Positions 50,177 through 60,387 of a stretch of 64,000 nt of DNA are shown in pieces. The notes under the pieces were generated by a model, which was not told where the DNA came from, made no database searches, and saw only the letters and a program-made list of their open reading frames with translations. Both the position numbers and the translations under genes were made by a program. Each line of letters opens with the position of its first letter. Within the stretch, counting starts at the first letter, position 1. This stretch comes from an uncultured Gemmatimonadales bacterium (lineage in GTDB: Bacteria; Gemmatimonadota; Gemmatimonadetes; Gemmatimonadales; Gemmatimonadaceae), in the NCBI GenBank assembly GCA_963701965.1, contig OY969695.1, positions 1,344,001 through 1,408,000 of the forward strand, in the 5' to 3' direction.

Positions 50177-51616
50177 TCATCGCATGGCCCGCCCCAACCA
50201 CCGCGCCGCGGCGATCTGCATGGTCCGATCGCCGCCCCACGCCGACACGATGTTCGGCGCCGCCAACGCCATCGCCCACCGCGGGTGGCCGAATTGCACG
50301 ACGATGCTGTCGCGCCCGCCCCGACACGCCGCGACGACCGCGGCCAGCGACGCCTCGGCGTAGCCGACGCGCCCGCGGCCGGCGGCGACGTCCCCGAAGA
50401 CGGCGATGATGAGGGGTCGGGCGCTCCCCGGACCGTCCTCGGCCCCATGGACCGCGATCCCGCTGGCGGCCAGCGTCTCACCGAACGCCGTGCGGGAGAC
50501 CCCGCCGGCGACGTCATCGTCGATGACGAGCAGGTCGACGGCGCCGGGCGCGCGGGGCACCGTGCCCCGCATGACGTGCACGACGCGCTCGGCGAGCTTG
50601 TCCCCCCACGCCAGGTCGGTGAGCGAGGGGCGGCGGTACTCGTTGGGCGGCGACGCCCACTGCGCCCATTTGAGCCGACGACGCAGCGACTGCTGCACGC
50701 GCTCCTCGTCCAGCCGGCGCTCGCGCGCGGCCTGGTCGAGCGCCGTCACGGCCCCGGCGAGATCCTCGGGGTCCAGCACCAGGTCGCACCCGGCGCGCAC
50801 CGCGTCCACGACGGCGTGGCCTTCGCCGCGCGGGTCGCGCACACCCGCCATCGACATGCTGTCGCTGATCACCAGGCCGTCGAACTTGAGCCGATGGCGC
50901 AGCAACCAGTACACGATCTCCCGGGACAGAGTGGCCGCGTACCCGCTGGCATCGAGCGCCGGGTAGGCGACGTGGGCGGTCATGAGGGACGCGACGCCGG
51001 CGCCGATGGCGGCCCGGAACGGCGCCAGGTCGACATCGGTGAGCTCGTCGATCGTCGCGTGCACCACGGGCAGCACGCAGTGCGAGTCCGCCGCCGTCCG
51101 GCCGTGGCCGGGAAAGTGCTTGGCGCACGCCAGCACACCCTCCGACTGGCAGGCGCCAATCCACTCCACCGCGTACTCGCCGGCGCGCACGGGGTCCGAG
51201 CCAAACGCGCGCGAGCCGACGATGGGATTCGTCGGGTCGAGGTCGAGATCGCACACCGGCGCGAAGTCCCAGTTGACGCCCATGGTCCGGGCCTCGCGCG
51301 CGGTGAGCCGCGCGGCGCGGCGTACGGCATCGACTTCGCCCAGCGAGGCGATCGCGGCCAACGGCGGCAGCCCGGTCGCCCCGGCGAACTGCTCGCCGGC
51401 GCCCCGCTCCATGTCGGCGGCAATGAGCAGCGGGATGCGGGACCGCTGGCGCATGTCCTTCGTGAGGGCGCGCACCGCCTCCCGCTCGCCACCCCGCAGA
51501 ATGAATCCGCCGACGCCCAGCGCCAACGCCGCGTCGATGCTCCCGCGCGCGTCGGCGTAGCCGCGGGCGGCATCCCAACGGACACCGGCGATCAGCAGCT
51601 GCGCCAGGGCGCTCAT
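50177..51616 (-). CDS. nagZ: GH3 beta-N-acetylhexosaminidase
   Basis: ADMERG, FAPVCD, KHFPGHGRTAADSH, MTAHV, ISDSMSM; adjacent to anmK and murQ. Confidence 0.88.
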   Translation of the reverse strand: MSALAQLLIAGVRWDAARGYADARGSIDAALALGVGGFILRGGEREAVRALTKDMRQRSRIPLLIAADMERGAGEQFAGATGLPPLAAIASLGEVDAVRRAARLTAREARTMGVNWDFAPVCDLDLDPTNPIVGSRAFGSDPVRAGEYAVEWIGACQSEGVLACAKHFPGHGRTAADSHCVLPVVHATIDELTDVDLAPFRAAIGAGVASLMTAHVAYPALDASGYAATLSREIVYWLLRHRLKFDGLVISDSMSMAGVRDPRGEGHAVVDAVRAGCDLVLDPEDLAGAVTALDQAARERRLDEERVQQSLRRRLKWAQWASPPNEYRRPSLTDLAWGDKLAERVVHVMRGTVPRAPGAVDLLVIDDDVAGGVSRTAFGETLAASGIAVHGAEDGPGSARPLIIAVFGDVAAGRGRVGYAEASLAAVVAACRGGRDSIVVQFGHPRWAMALAAPNIVSAWGGDRTMQIAAARWLGRAMR

Positions 51617-51640
51617 CTCGCGGCCGTCATGCTGAGCGCT

Positions 51641-52761
51641 TCATGCGGGCGTGAGCTTCCCCAGCACGCGCGGTCCCCTGGCGCCGGTCGCCGTCGGCAC
51701 GTTGCCCGGTATCCGGTGCAGAAACAGGTAGCCGAGAAAGGCAAACGCGACCGCCTCTTTGGCCTCGCCATCGAAGAACACGTCGTCGAACCGGCGCACC
51801 GCGCGCGGCGCCAACGCACGGCCCAGCGCATCGACGAGCGCGGGGTTCCGGGCCCCGCCACCCGACAACAGGACGTCGGCCAGCGGTTCGGGCACAAACC
51901 GCTCGTAGGCGACCGCCACGCTGGTCGCCGTGAACGAGACGGCGGTGGCCACGATGTCGGCGACCGTCGCCTGGGGCGCCACCGTCCGACACTGGGCGAT
52001 GAATCGCTCGATGTACGCGGCCGAGAAGAGCTCCCGGCCGGTCGACTTGGGCGGCGCGACCGCGAAATACGGATCGTCGAGACTGGCCCGCACCACCGCG
52101 TCGATGGGCGCGCCGGCGCGGGCGAGACGGCCGTCCGTGTCGTACGGCTGGCCCGGCGCGCAGCGCCGGACGACGCCGTCGATCACGATCACCCCGGGGC
52201 CCGTGTCGAACGCGCGCACCGGCGCGTCGTCCTCCGGGACGATGCTGACGTTCCCGATCCCGCCGAGGTTTTGGAGCGCCCGGACGCCCGCCGGCGCACG
52301 AAAGAGATGCACATCGGCCGCGGTCACGAGCGGCGCCCCTTGGCCGCCCGCGGCCACGTCCCGCACGCGAAAATCGCTCACCACATCGATCCCGGTCCGT
52401 TCGGCGATGACGGCGGCCTGGCCGATCTGCCACGTCGCGCGCGCCGGCTCGTGCCACACGGTTTGCCCGTGGGACGCGATGGCCCGAATGTCGCGCGGCG
52501 CCACGCCGCTCCGCGCGATCACCGTGGTCGCGGCGTCGGCGAGCCAGCCGCCCAGATCGGCATCGAGCAGGCTCCACTCCGCGGCCGGCGGGGGGAAGCG
52601 ATGGCGCGCTCGATGCGTTGGCGCTGGGCATCAGTGTACGGGACGTGGGCCGCGGCCAGGAGATCGCACTGGTAGGGGGCGGCGCGAAAACGCACCACCG
52701 CCGCGGAGATCCCGTCGAGCGATGTGCCGGACATGAGTCCGACGTAGGTCTCGGTGGTCAC
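51641..52761 (-). CDS. anmK: Anhydro-N-acetylmuramic acid kinase; frameshift at the G6 run ~52590-52595
   Basis: GLMSGTSLDG, SHGQTV.H, DFR..DVAAGGQGAPL, NLGGIGN, FDTGPG, PPKSTGRE, KEAVAFA. Confidence 0.92.
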
Positions 52762-52765
52762 TCGC

Positions 52766-53683
52766 CTACACCGCTGGCGGTGGGCCGATCACGCGGCGCA
52801 GCACGCCGTGGGCCTCGGCGAGCAACGCCTCGGCGTCCCCGCGGTCGAGGCCCCGCATTTGCATGACGATCGCGACTTTCACGACACCGCCCGCGGCGTC
52901 CAGCGCCTCGCGCGCCTCGCTTCGCGAGAGATGACACACCTCGGCCACGATGCGCTCGCTGCGCGCCGCGAGCTTCGCGTTCGTGGCGCGGAGGTCGACC
53001 ATGAGGTTCCCGTAGGTCTTGCCCAACCGGATCATCGCGCCGGTCGTGATGGCGTTGAGCACGAGCTTGGTCGCGGTGCCGGCCTTGAGACGCGTGGAGC
53101 CGGTGACGACTTCGGGCCCCACGAGCACGACAATCGCCAGGTCGAGACTCCGCACGAACTCGTCGGGGAGCGGGGTGCAGGCGACGATGGCGGTCCGGGC
53201 GCCTGCCCCGCGGGCATAGTCGAGCGCGCCGCGGACGTAAGGCGTCGTACCGGAGGCGGCGATCCCGACGACAAAATCGCCCGCCCCGGCCCCGACCGCC
53301 GCCAGATCCGCGGCCCCGTCGCCGGGACGATCCTCGGCCCCCTCCTGGGCGCGGGTCAGCGCGGGAAGACCGCCGGCAATGAATCCCCGCACCATCGCCG
53401 GGTCGGTCCCGAAGGTCGGCGGACACTCGGCGGCATCGAGGACGCCGAGGCGGCCGGATGTCCCGGCGCCGACGTACAGCAAGCGCCCGCCCGCGCGAAA
53501 TGCCGCCTCGGCGAACGTGATCGCGGTGGCTATCGCCTGGCGCTCGGCAGCGACCGCCGCCGGGACCGTCGCATCCTCGGCGGCCAGGAGATCGACGATC
53601 TCGGACGGCGTCGCCAGGTCGATATCGACCGTGCGAGGGTTCCGGCGCTCGGTGAGACTGGTGTCAGCGGCGTTGGCGGCCAC
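52766..53683 (-). CDS. murQ: N-acetylmuramic acid 6-phosphate etherase
   Basis: TERRNP, GAGTSGRLG.LDAAECPPTF, EGAED, GPEVVTGSTRLKAGTA. Confidence 0.96.
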   Translation of the reverse strand: MAANAADTSLTERRNPRTVDIDLATPSEIVDLLAAEDATVPAAVAAERQAIATAITFAEAAFRAGGRLLYVGAGTSGRLGVLDAAECPPTFGTDPAMVRGFIAGGLPALTRAQEGAEDRPGDGAADLAAVGAGAGDFVVGIAASGTTPYVRGALDYARGAGARTAIVACTPLPDEFVRSLDLAIVVLVGPEVVTGSTRLKAGTATKLVLNAITTGAMIRLGKTYGNLMVDLRATNAKLAARSERIVAEVCHLSRSEAREALDAAGGVVKVAIVMQMRGLDRGDAEALLAEAHGVLRRVIGPPPAV

Positions 53684-53748
53684 TACGGCGAGTTGGTAGG
53701 TTGGTAAGCAGTGATCGAGATTTGAGCCTCTTGGAGAGGGTTTTTCAA

Positions 53749-55497
53749 GTGCGGACGGCGCGAGACCTTGGTCCAGCGGTTGTGATCTTCGTCACAATGG
53801 TGACGACCTCATGCGCGCACGGACCGGCGCATCAGCCGGCCAGCGCCGCGCTCAAGCCCACGGCCTTTCCCACGACCTGGCGCTATGAGACGGTGCGCGC
53901 GCTCGCGTCGGCGCCGCACGCAATGGTCGCCAGCAACAGCGCGCTGGCGAGCGACGCGGGCGTCGAGATCCTCCGCGCCGGGGGCAACGCGGTCGACGCC
54001 GCGGTGGCGGTCGGCTTCGCGCTCGCGGTGTCACTCCCGGAGGCTGGCAACATCGGCGGCGGCGGCTACATGGTGATTCGCATGGCCGACGGGCGCACGG
54101 CAGCGCTCGACTACCGCGAGGTGGCGCCGCTCGCGGCGACGCGCGACATGTACGTCGGCCCCGACGGGAAGTTGACCGATGGCAGCGTGGTCGGGTATCG
54201 CGCTTCCGGTGTGCCGGGTGCCGTCGCCGGGCTGACCGAAGCGCTCAAGACGTATGGGACCTTGCCGCTCCGACGCGTCATGGCGCCGGCCATTCGCCTG
54301 GCGACCGAGGGCGTCCGGGTGGACAGCGCGCTGGCGCGGTCGATCGCGTCCGAGCGCCAGCGGATCGGCCGCTTCGCCGGCGCCGATCGCTTCTTGCCTG
54401 GCGGTAGTCCCCCGGCGATCGGCAGTCTCTTCGTGCAGCCGGAGTTGGCGCACACGCTGTCGTTGATCGCCGAGCAGGGCGCGGAGGCGTTTTATCATGG
54501 TGCGATCGCGGCGGCCATCGTCGATGAGATGCGGCGCGGCCCCGGGCTCATCACCGCCGAGGATCTGGCGCGCTATCGTCCGCGCTGGCGGGATCCGCTG
54601 CGCGGGACCTATCGCGGATACGCGCTCTACACCATGCCCCCGTCGTCATCCGGCGGCGTCACGATCGTCGAGACGCTCAATATCTTGGAGACGTACGAGG
54701 CCTTGCCGCCGTTCGGGACCACCGCGTACGTCCATCGCCTGTCCGACGCGTTTCAGCGCGCGTTCATTGACCGCAATGATCGGCTCGGCGATCCGGATTT
54801 CGTCAGCGTGCCCGTGGATCGGCTGACGAGCAAAGCGTACGCGCGCACGGTGCGCGGCACGATCGCCAATGCGCACGCCACGCCGACGCCGCGGCTGACG
54901 GCGGCGCTCGATGAGGGACGCGAGACGACCCATTACTCGGTCGTGGACGCCGCCGGCAATGCCGTCGCGACGACGACCACGCTCAATGCGCTCTATGGAT
55001 CCGGGGTCTACGTGCGCGAGGCCGGCTTTTTCCTGAACGACGAGATGGATGATTTCTCGGCGCAGCCGGGTCAACCGAACATGTTCGGTCTCGTCCAAGG
55101 CGAGCGGAATGCCATCGCGCCCGGCAAGCGGATGCTGTCGGCGATGTCGCCGACCATCGTCGTGGATCCCGGCGGGCGGTTGTTCCTTGTTGTTGGGGGG
55201 CGAGGGGGGCCCCGCATCATCACGTCGACCGCTGAGGTCATCGTGAATGCGATCGACAACAAGATGGGGCTGGCCGATGCCATCCGCGCGCCGCGCGTGC
55301 ACCATCAGGCGCTGCCCGACTCGCTCCGGGTGGACGGGGGCGGATTTGCGCCGGCCGTTCTCGACTCGCTGCGGGCCATGGGGTACGCCGTCGCGACGGG
55401 CGGCGCCAGCGGAACGTGCACCGCCGTCATGCGCGACGGCGCCGGGTGGATCGGGGCGGTGGATCCCCGCGCCACCGGCGGCGCCGTCGGATACTGA
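53749..55497 (+). CDS. ggt: Gamma-glutamyltransferase
   Basis: GGNAVDAAVA, LDYRE.AP, PPSSSGG, ETTHYSVVD, LNDEMDDFS, SAMSPT. Start is uncertain. Confidence 0.94.
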   Translation: MRTARDLGPAVVIFVTMVTTSCAHGPAHQPASAALKPTAFPTTWRYETVRALASAPHAMVASNSALASDAGVEILRAGGNAVDAAVAVGFALAVSLPEAGNIGGGGYMVIRMADGRTAALDYREVAPLAATRDMYVGPDGKLTDGSVVGYRASGVPGAVAGLTEALKTYGTLPLRRVMAPAIRLATEGVRVDSALARSIASERQRIGRFAGADRFLPGGSPPAIGSLFVQPELAHTLSLIAEQGAEAFYHGAIAAAIVDEMRRGPGLITAEDLARYRPRWRDPLRGTYRGYALYTMPPSSSGGVTIVETLNILETYEALPPFGTTAYVHRLSDAFQRAFIDRNDRLGDPDFVSVPVDRLTSKAYARTVRGTIANAHATPTPRLTAALDEGRETTHYSVVDAAGNAVATTTTLNALYGSGVYVREAGFFLNDEMDDFSAQPGQPNMFGLVQGERNAIAPGKRMLSAMSPTIVVDPGGRLFLVVGGRGGPRIITSTAEVIVNAIDNKMGLADAIRAPRVHHQALPDSLRVDGGGFAPAVLDSLRAMGYAVATGGASGTCTAVMRDGAGWIGAVDPRATGGAVGY

Positions 55498-55505
55498 GCG
55501 ACGGC

Positions 55506-56504
55506 CTACTGAGCCTTGATCTGCTGGTCGCTGTTCAACGCGATGTTGAACTTGCCGCCCTGGGGCAGGCACGCATCGTAGTGGCCCGTGGCGACCGCCA
55601 CACCGCCACCTGCCGCGGCGCCGGCCGCCGCCCCGATGACCGCGGTCTTGGCGCTGTGCCCGAGCACGGCGCCGAGGATGCCGCCGGCCACCGCGCCACC
55701 GCCCACTTTCGCCGCGTCGGTCCCGGCGCCGGTCGTGCGCTGCTGTTGGAGCGGCGGCGTCCCGGCGAGCGACGCATCGAGCGGGTACCCGGTGCCATTG
55801 ACCGCAATGTTGTCGAATGCCAGCGCGAACGTCACCGTTTGGCCGGCCGCTTTGCTCTGCCCGAGCGCCGTGACGTGGCCGGTCACCGACGACCCGGCGG
55901 GAATGACGGCGCCATTCGATCCGACCACGGGGTTGGCGACCGTGGCGGTGAACGTGTCTCCGACTTTGTTGGTGTTCGTGCAGATCTTCCCGTCCGACGT
56001 CAGCGCGATGTTCGTTCCCGCCGCGATGACGCCGATGTGGCCTCCCCCCGTCCCGCCTGACGTCATCGTATTACCGCTCGCGGTGACCGTCGGCGCCGGT
56101 GGAGTACCGGCCGCGGCGGCCGCGAGGCTCGGCGCGCCCCCGGCGCCTGCTGAGCCGCCGCCACTCGCCGGCGTCGTTGCGGTAGCGCGGGCCGTTCCGC
56201 TGGGCTTCTTGTGGTGCTCCGTTTTCTTGGGCGCCTCGGCGACCGCCGCGGGGGCAGGCGCGGGCGTTGCCGCCGGCGTCGGCGCGGCCGCGGGGACGGC
56301 CGCGGGCGCGGGCGCCGCGGCGGTGTCCGCCAATGCCGGCTGCGGCGCCGGCGTATTGCCGTTCGCCGCGGCCAGATCGCTCGCCAGTGACGTGTCCGCC
56401 GCCATCTTGCTGGCATCCGCATTCGCGGCCTTGTCGCCTTTGCCGCACGCCCCCGTCGCCAGCGCCAGGGTCAGGACCGCGACCATATTATACTTTGTGA
56501 TCAT
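55506..56504 (-). CDS. Hypothetical lipoprotein: Ala/Pro linker, TrbI/VirB10-like beta domain, glycine zipper
   Basis: Strong SD GAGGAG; lipobox TGAC; IAAGT...GDTFTATV...VIPAGS.VTG.V; GGGAVAGGILGAVLG. Confidence 0.7.
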   Translation of the reverse strand: MITKYNMVAVLTLALATGACGKGDKAANADASKMAADTSLASDLAAANGNTPAPQPALADTAAAPAPAAVPAAAPTPAATPAPAPAAVAEAPKKTEHHKKPSGTARATATTPASGGGSAGAGGAPSLAAAAAGTPPAPTVTASGNTMTSGGTGGGHIGVIAAGTNIALTSDGKICTNTNKVGDTFTATVANPVVGSNGAVIPAGSSVTGHVTALGQSKAAGQTVTFALAFDNIAVNGTGYPLDASLAGTPPLQQQRTTGAGTDAAKVGGGAVAGGILGAVLGHSAKTAVIGAAAGAAAGGGVAVATGHYDACLPQGGKFNIALNSDQQIKAQ

Positions 56505-56516
56505 CCGTCTCTCCTC

Positions 56517-58274
56517 TTGAAGTCGCTCAAGCCTCTCCTACCATACCTGCGTCCGTACCGGGCGCAACTGATTCGCGGTCTCGCCTTCGTCGTGGGCTCG
56601 TCGGCCGTGACGAGCGTGATCCCGACCCTGATCGAGATCGCCATCGACGCCATGCACCACGGCACGCCGGCCGCTCGCATCTGGGCGATCGCCGGCATCA
56701 TGATCGCCGTCGCGCTCTTCGGCGGCTGGCTGCGCTATGAGATGCGTGAAATTCTCAACGGCGTCAGCCGCCGTGTCGAGTACGACCTGCGGAACGCCCT
56801 CTTCACCCATCTCGAGACCCTCGACGCCGCCTACTTCGGCCAAACGCGAACCGGCGACATCATGGCCCGCCTGACCAACGACTTGAGCGCGGTCCGGATG
56901 GCCGCCGGTCCGGCGATCATGTACCTGGTCGCCACGATCGCGGGCGGGGTCTTCGCGCTCGGGTTCATGGTCCGCATCAGCCCGCGGCTCACCGGCATCG
57001 CCCTGCTCCCAATGGTGCTGCTTCCCATTCTCATGGTGCGCTTCGGACGAATCATCCACCAGCGCTTCGAGGCGGTCCAGGATCACTTCAGCACATTGAC
57101 GACCCACGCCCAGGAGAATTTCTCGGGGACCCGGATCATCCGCGCCTATCGCCAGGAGCCGGCTGAACTGCGCCGGTTTGGCGCCCTCAATGACGAATAC
57201 CTCACCCGCAATATGCACCTGGTGCGCCTCAATGGCGCCATGAATCCCGCCTTTGGCCTCCTCGGGGGCCTGGCCGCGGTCGTGGTGCTGGCGCTCGGCG
57301 GCGCCCTGGTCATGCGCGGGGTCATCTCGGTCGGCGAGTTCGTCGCGTTCGGCCTGTACCTCGGGGCGCTCACGTGGCCGCTGATCGCGCTGGGCTGGGT
57401 GATCAATTTGTTCGAGCGCGGGGCCGCTTCCATGACCCGGCTCATGGATATCTTCCGGGCCAGCCCGAGCATTACATCGCCCGCGCACCCGCGGCCGCTT
57501 CCCGTGCACCGGGGCGGTCGCTCGCTCGAGTTCCGTAACGTCAGTTTCGCGTATCCATCCGCGCCCGATCGTCTGGTCCTCGACCGCGTCAGCTTCATGC
57601 TGCCGGCCGGCGGCACCCTCGGGATCGTGGGCGCCACTGGCAGTGGCAAGAGCGCGCTGATCGATCTCATCCCGCGCATCTACGACCCGCAGCAGGGCGA
57701 GATCTTGATCGACGGGGTCCCGATCCGATCCGTGGCGCTCGATGAGCTCCGGCGCACGATCGGCACCGTCCCGCAGGAAAGCCTCCTCTTCAGCGACACG
57801 ATCGGCGCCAACTTGCTGTATGGCGCCGGCAACGATGGGGAAGACCATCAGGGGCGTTGGGCGGCGAAGATCGCGCAGCTCGACCAGACGATCGCCGACT
57901 TCCCCGCGGGCTACGAGACCATGCTCGGCGAGCGCGGCATCAATCTTTCGGGCGGTCAGAAACAACGCGCCGCGCTGGCGCGGGCCCTGGCCCGGCATCC
58001 ATCGATCGTGCTGCTCGACGACGCGCTCTCGGCGGTGGACACGCACACGGAGGCCGCGATCCTGCATTCGTTGCGCGATGCGCTCACCGCGCGGACCGCC
58101 GTCATTGCGTCGCACCGCATCAGCGCCATCCGGGACGCGACGTGGATCATCGTCCTCGATCGAGGCCGGGTCGTCGAGCAAGGGCGCCACGAAGACCTGT
58201 TGGCGCTGACGGGGCGCTACTGGTCTCTCCTCCGCCGCCAGCAGCTGGTGGACGCCCTCGAAGACGTGGCCTGA
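56517..58274 (+). CDS. ABC exporter (fused TMD-NBD, MdlA-like)
   Basis: RTGDIMARLTND, GATGSGKS, LSGGQKQR, LLDDALSAVD, SHR. Confidence 0.94.
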   Translation: MKSLKPLLPYLRPYRAQLIRGLAFVVGSSAVTSVIPTLIEIAIDAMHHGTPAARIWAIAGIMIAVALFGGWLRYEMREILNGVSRRVEYDLRNALFTHLETLDAAYFGQTRTGDIMARLTNDLSAVRMAAGPAIMYLVATIAGGVFALGFMVRISPRLTGIALLPMVLLPILMVRFGRIIHQRFEAVQDHFSTLTTHAQENFSGTRIIRAYRQEPAELRRFGALNDEYLTRNMHLVRLNGAMNPAFGLLGGLAAVVVLALGGALVMRGVISVGEFVAFGLYLGALTWPLIALGWVINLFERGAASMTRLMDIFRASPSITSPAHPRPLPVHRGGRSLEFRNVSFAYPSAPDRLVLDRVSFMLPAGGTLGIVGATGSGKSALIDLIPRIYDPQQGEILIDGVPIRSVALDELRRTIGTVPQESLLFSDTIGANLLYGAGNDGEDHQGRWAAKIAQLDQTIADFPAGYETMLGERGINLSGGQKQRAALARALARHPSIVLLDDALSAVDTHTEAAILHSLRDALTARTAVIASHRISAIRDATWIIVLDRGRVVEQGRHEDLLALTGRYWSLLRRQQLVDALEDVA

Positions 58275-58645
58275 TGCGCGTCCTGGTCGTCGAGGACAAC
58301 GCCAATGCCGGCGACGCACTGCGCATGCTCCTGGAAACCGGCGGCCACGACGTCGCGGTCGCCAGGACGATCACCGACGCCGTTCAGGCCTGCACCGACG
58401 CCGCCCGGAACGGCCGCCGGATCGACTTGATGTTGCTCGACCTGACGCTCCCCAATGGTGATGGGCTGGACGTCCTGGCCGGAGTCAGCGCCGCGGACGC
58501 CGCGCCGGCCGCGACCATCGCGCTCACGGGATGGGACGAGCGCGCGGTCGCCGCGCGCTGCCGCGCCGCGGGTTGCCGCGACGTGCTGATCAAGCCGGTG
58601 CCCGGGCGGCAGCTCCTGGCGCTGGCCGCATCGCTCGCGCGTTGA
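58274..58645 (+). CDS. Single-domain response regulator (receiver only)
   Basis: VLVVEDN, LLDLTLP.GDG, ALTG, KP; TGATG overlap with the ABC gene. Confidence 0.88.
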   Translation: MRVLVVEDNANAGDALRMLLETGGHDVAVARTITDAVQACTDAARNGRRIDLMLLDLTLPNGDGLDVLAGVSAADAAPAATIALTGWDERAVAARCRAAGCRDVLIKPVPGRQLLALAASLAR

Positions 58646-60387
58646 CGCCACCCCACGGCATCGAGCGGCGCCGCCGCCCGCGGGCCGGCCGGTGGCTCAC
58701 GTGGTACTACCGGTTCAAGTACCGGCTGTTCGAGCGGGAACGCCACCCGCAGGATGGCCGGCGCGGGCTCCTCATGCTGCAGATCGATGCCCTGGCCTAT
58801 GCCGACCTGCGGCGCGCGCTCGATCTGGGCTATTGCCCGACGATCCGCCGCCTTCTGATCGACGAGGGGTTCCGGATGCGGCGCTGGTTCTGCGGCCTTC
58901 CGGCGGCCACGCCCTATTGCCAGGCAGGGATCTTTCACGGGGAGAATGCCGGAATCCCCGCGTTCCGGTTCTATGACAAGACGCTGCGGCGCGTCGTGAC
59001 GTGCAACGCGCCCGAAGGCGTACAGTACATTCGCGACCGCATTCATGCGCCGGGCGCGCTGGCGGGGGGGTCGAGTTACGTCAACCTGCTCGACGGCAAT
59101 GCCTCGACCGTCGCGTTCACGGTCGCCACGCGCGAGCGCATGTCGGCGTACCGGCGCCTGGGCGGGACGCGGATGCTGCTCCTCATTGTCCTGCACCCGA
59201 TCCGCATTGCCCGCATGGTGCTGCAGGCCGCCGTGGAATGGTTGCGCGAAGAATGGGAACGGACATCGGGCGAGCTGGCCGGACGGAGCACGCACACGGA
59301 AGGGATCTTTCCGTTCGTGCGCATCCTGAGCAACGTCGTCGTGCGCGAGCTGCAGACAATGGCCATTGTGCTCGATCTCCATCTCGGTGTCCCGGTCATC
59401 TACTCGACGTTCATGCAGTACGACGAGTTGGCGCACCACTTCGGTCCCACGAGCCGCCAAGCCTTGTCTGATCTCCGACGCACGGACGCGCGGATCGCCG
59501 AGCTGTTGCGCATGATGTGGCACGCAGCCGGGCGGGGCTATGATCTCGTGCTGTTGTCGGATCACGGCATGACGCCATCGGTGAGCTACCGCGTGCGGTT
59601 CAAGGAGACGCTGGGCACGACGGTCGCCCAAATGCTGTCCAGTGGCGCCGAATCCCTGCGATCCGTCGCCAGTTTCGCCGAGGACAGCGAGTACGCGGAT
59701 GCCGGCCCCCAGGTGCTGGAAGCCGCGGCTCAAGTCGCACCGCCCGACTTCGGGCGGACGCGGCGCGCGATCTACGGGCTCCGCGACTGGTTGCGCCGCA
59801 ACTACGGGCTGCGCGAGCTGCTCGTGCCCGAGAAGTTCAAAGTCAATGCCCGGAACGACGTCGTCGTCACCTATAGCTCGTGCCTGGCCGAGCTGTACTT
59901 CGCCGACGACGAGCGGGCGCTCGACTACGCCGACATCATGGGCGATCCCCGCCGGGCCAATCTCTACGCCGCGCTGCTCACCCATCCGGGGATTGGGCTC
60001 ATCCTGACCCGGTACGGCGACGCCGTGCATGTGGAGTCCAACGCCGGCCGCGCCGTGCTCACGGGCGGCGGATTCGCGTCGGTCGTCGGGGAAAATCCCC
60101 TGGAAGTGTACGGAGAGGACGCCAGAACCGTCCGTGCCATCGAGTGTCTGGTGCGACAGCCGAACGGCGGAGACCTGGTGTTGTTCGGGGCCTACGACGG
60201 CTACGAGATCGTGTCGTTCGACGACCAAGTCGGCGCCCACGGCAGCGCCGGCGGCGACCAGCTTTTCCCGTTCCTCATCACGCCCCGGACGTTCGGCGTG
60301 GACGACGCGACGCCCATTGACGACGCGCGCGACATCCACCGGGTGATCATGGCGCGGTTTGCGCCGTCTCCGCCACCATCGCCCTGA
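58642..60387 (+). CDS. Alkaline phosphatase superfamily (nucleotide pyrophosphatase/phosphodiesterase-like) protein
   Basis: LQIDAL, PAATPYCQAG, YDELAHHFG, LSDHG, GAHGSAGG. Confidence 0.8.
   Translation: MTPPHGIERRRRPRAGRWLTWYYRFKYRLFERERHPQDGRRGLLMLQIDALAYADLRRALDLGYCPTIRRLLIDEGFRMRRWFCGLPAATPYCQAGIFHGENAGIPAFRFYDKTLRRVVTCNAPEGVQYIRDRIHAPGALAGGSSYVNLLDGNASTVAFTVATRERMSAYRRLGGTRMLLLIVLHPIRIARMVLQAAVEWLREEWERTSGELAGRSTHTEGIFPFVRILSNVVVRELQTMAIVLDLHLGVPVIYSTFMQYDELAHHFGPTSRQALSDLRRTDARIAELLRMMWHAAGRGYDLVLLSDHGMTPSVSYRVRFKETLGTTVAQMLSSGAESLRSVASFAEDSEYADAGPQVLEAAAQVAPPDFGRTRRAIYGLRDWLRRNYGLRELLVPEKFKVNARNDVVVTYSSCLAELYFADDERALDYADIMGDPRRANLYAALLTHPGIGLILTRYGDAVHVESNAGRAVLTGGGFASVVGENPLEVYGEDARTVRAIECLVRQPNGGDLVLFGAYDGYEIVSFDDQVGAHGSAGGDQLFPFLITPRTFGVDDATPIDDARDIHRVIMARFAPSPPPSP

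Noticed and set aside
52590..52595. anmK as a pseudogene or phase-variable gene
   Set aside because: A single-base shift in a G6 run within an otherwise intact pathway is most simply a homopolymer sequencing error.
53692..53708. TTGGTAGG-TTGGTAAG tandem between murQ and ggt as an operator
   Set aside because: Only two 8-bp units and no cognate regulator nearby; cannot be supported.
37744..60339. Long antisense ORFs (37744-39768, 50285-52675, 56538-58319, 58384-60339)
   Set aside because: Shadow ORFs opposite well-supported genes, expected from high-GC codon bias. No recognisable motifs.
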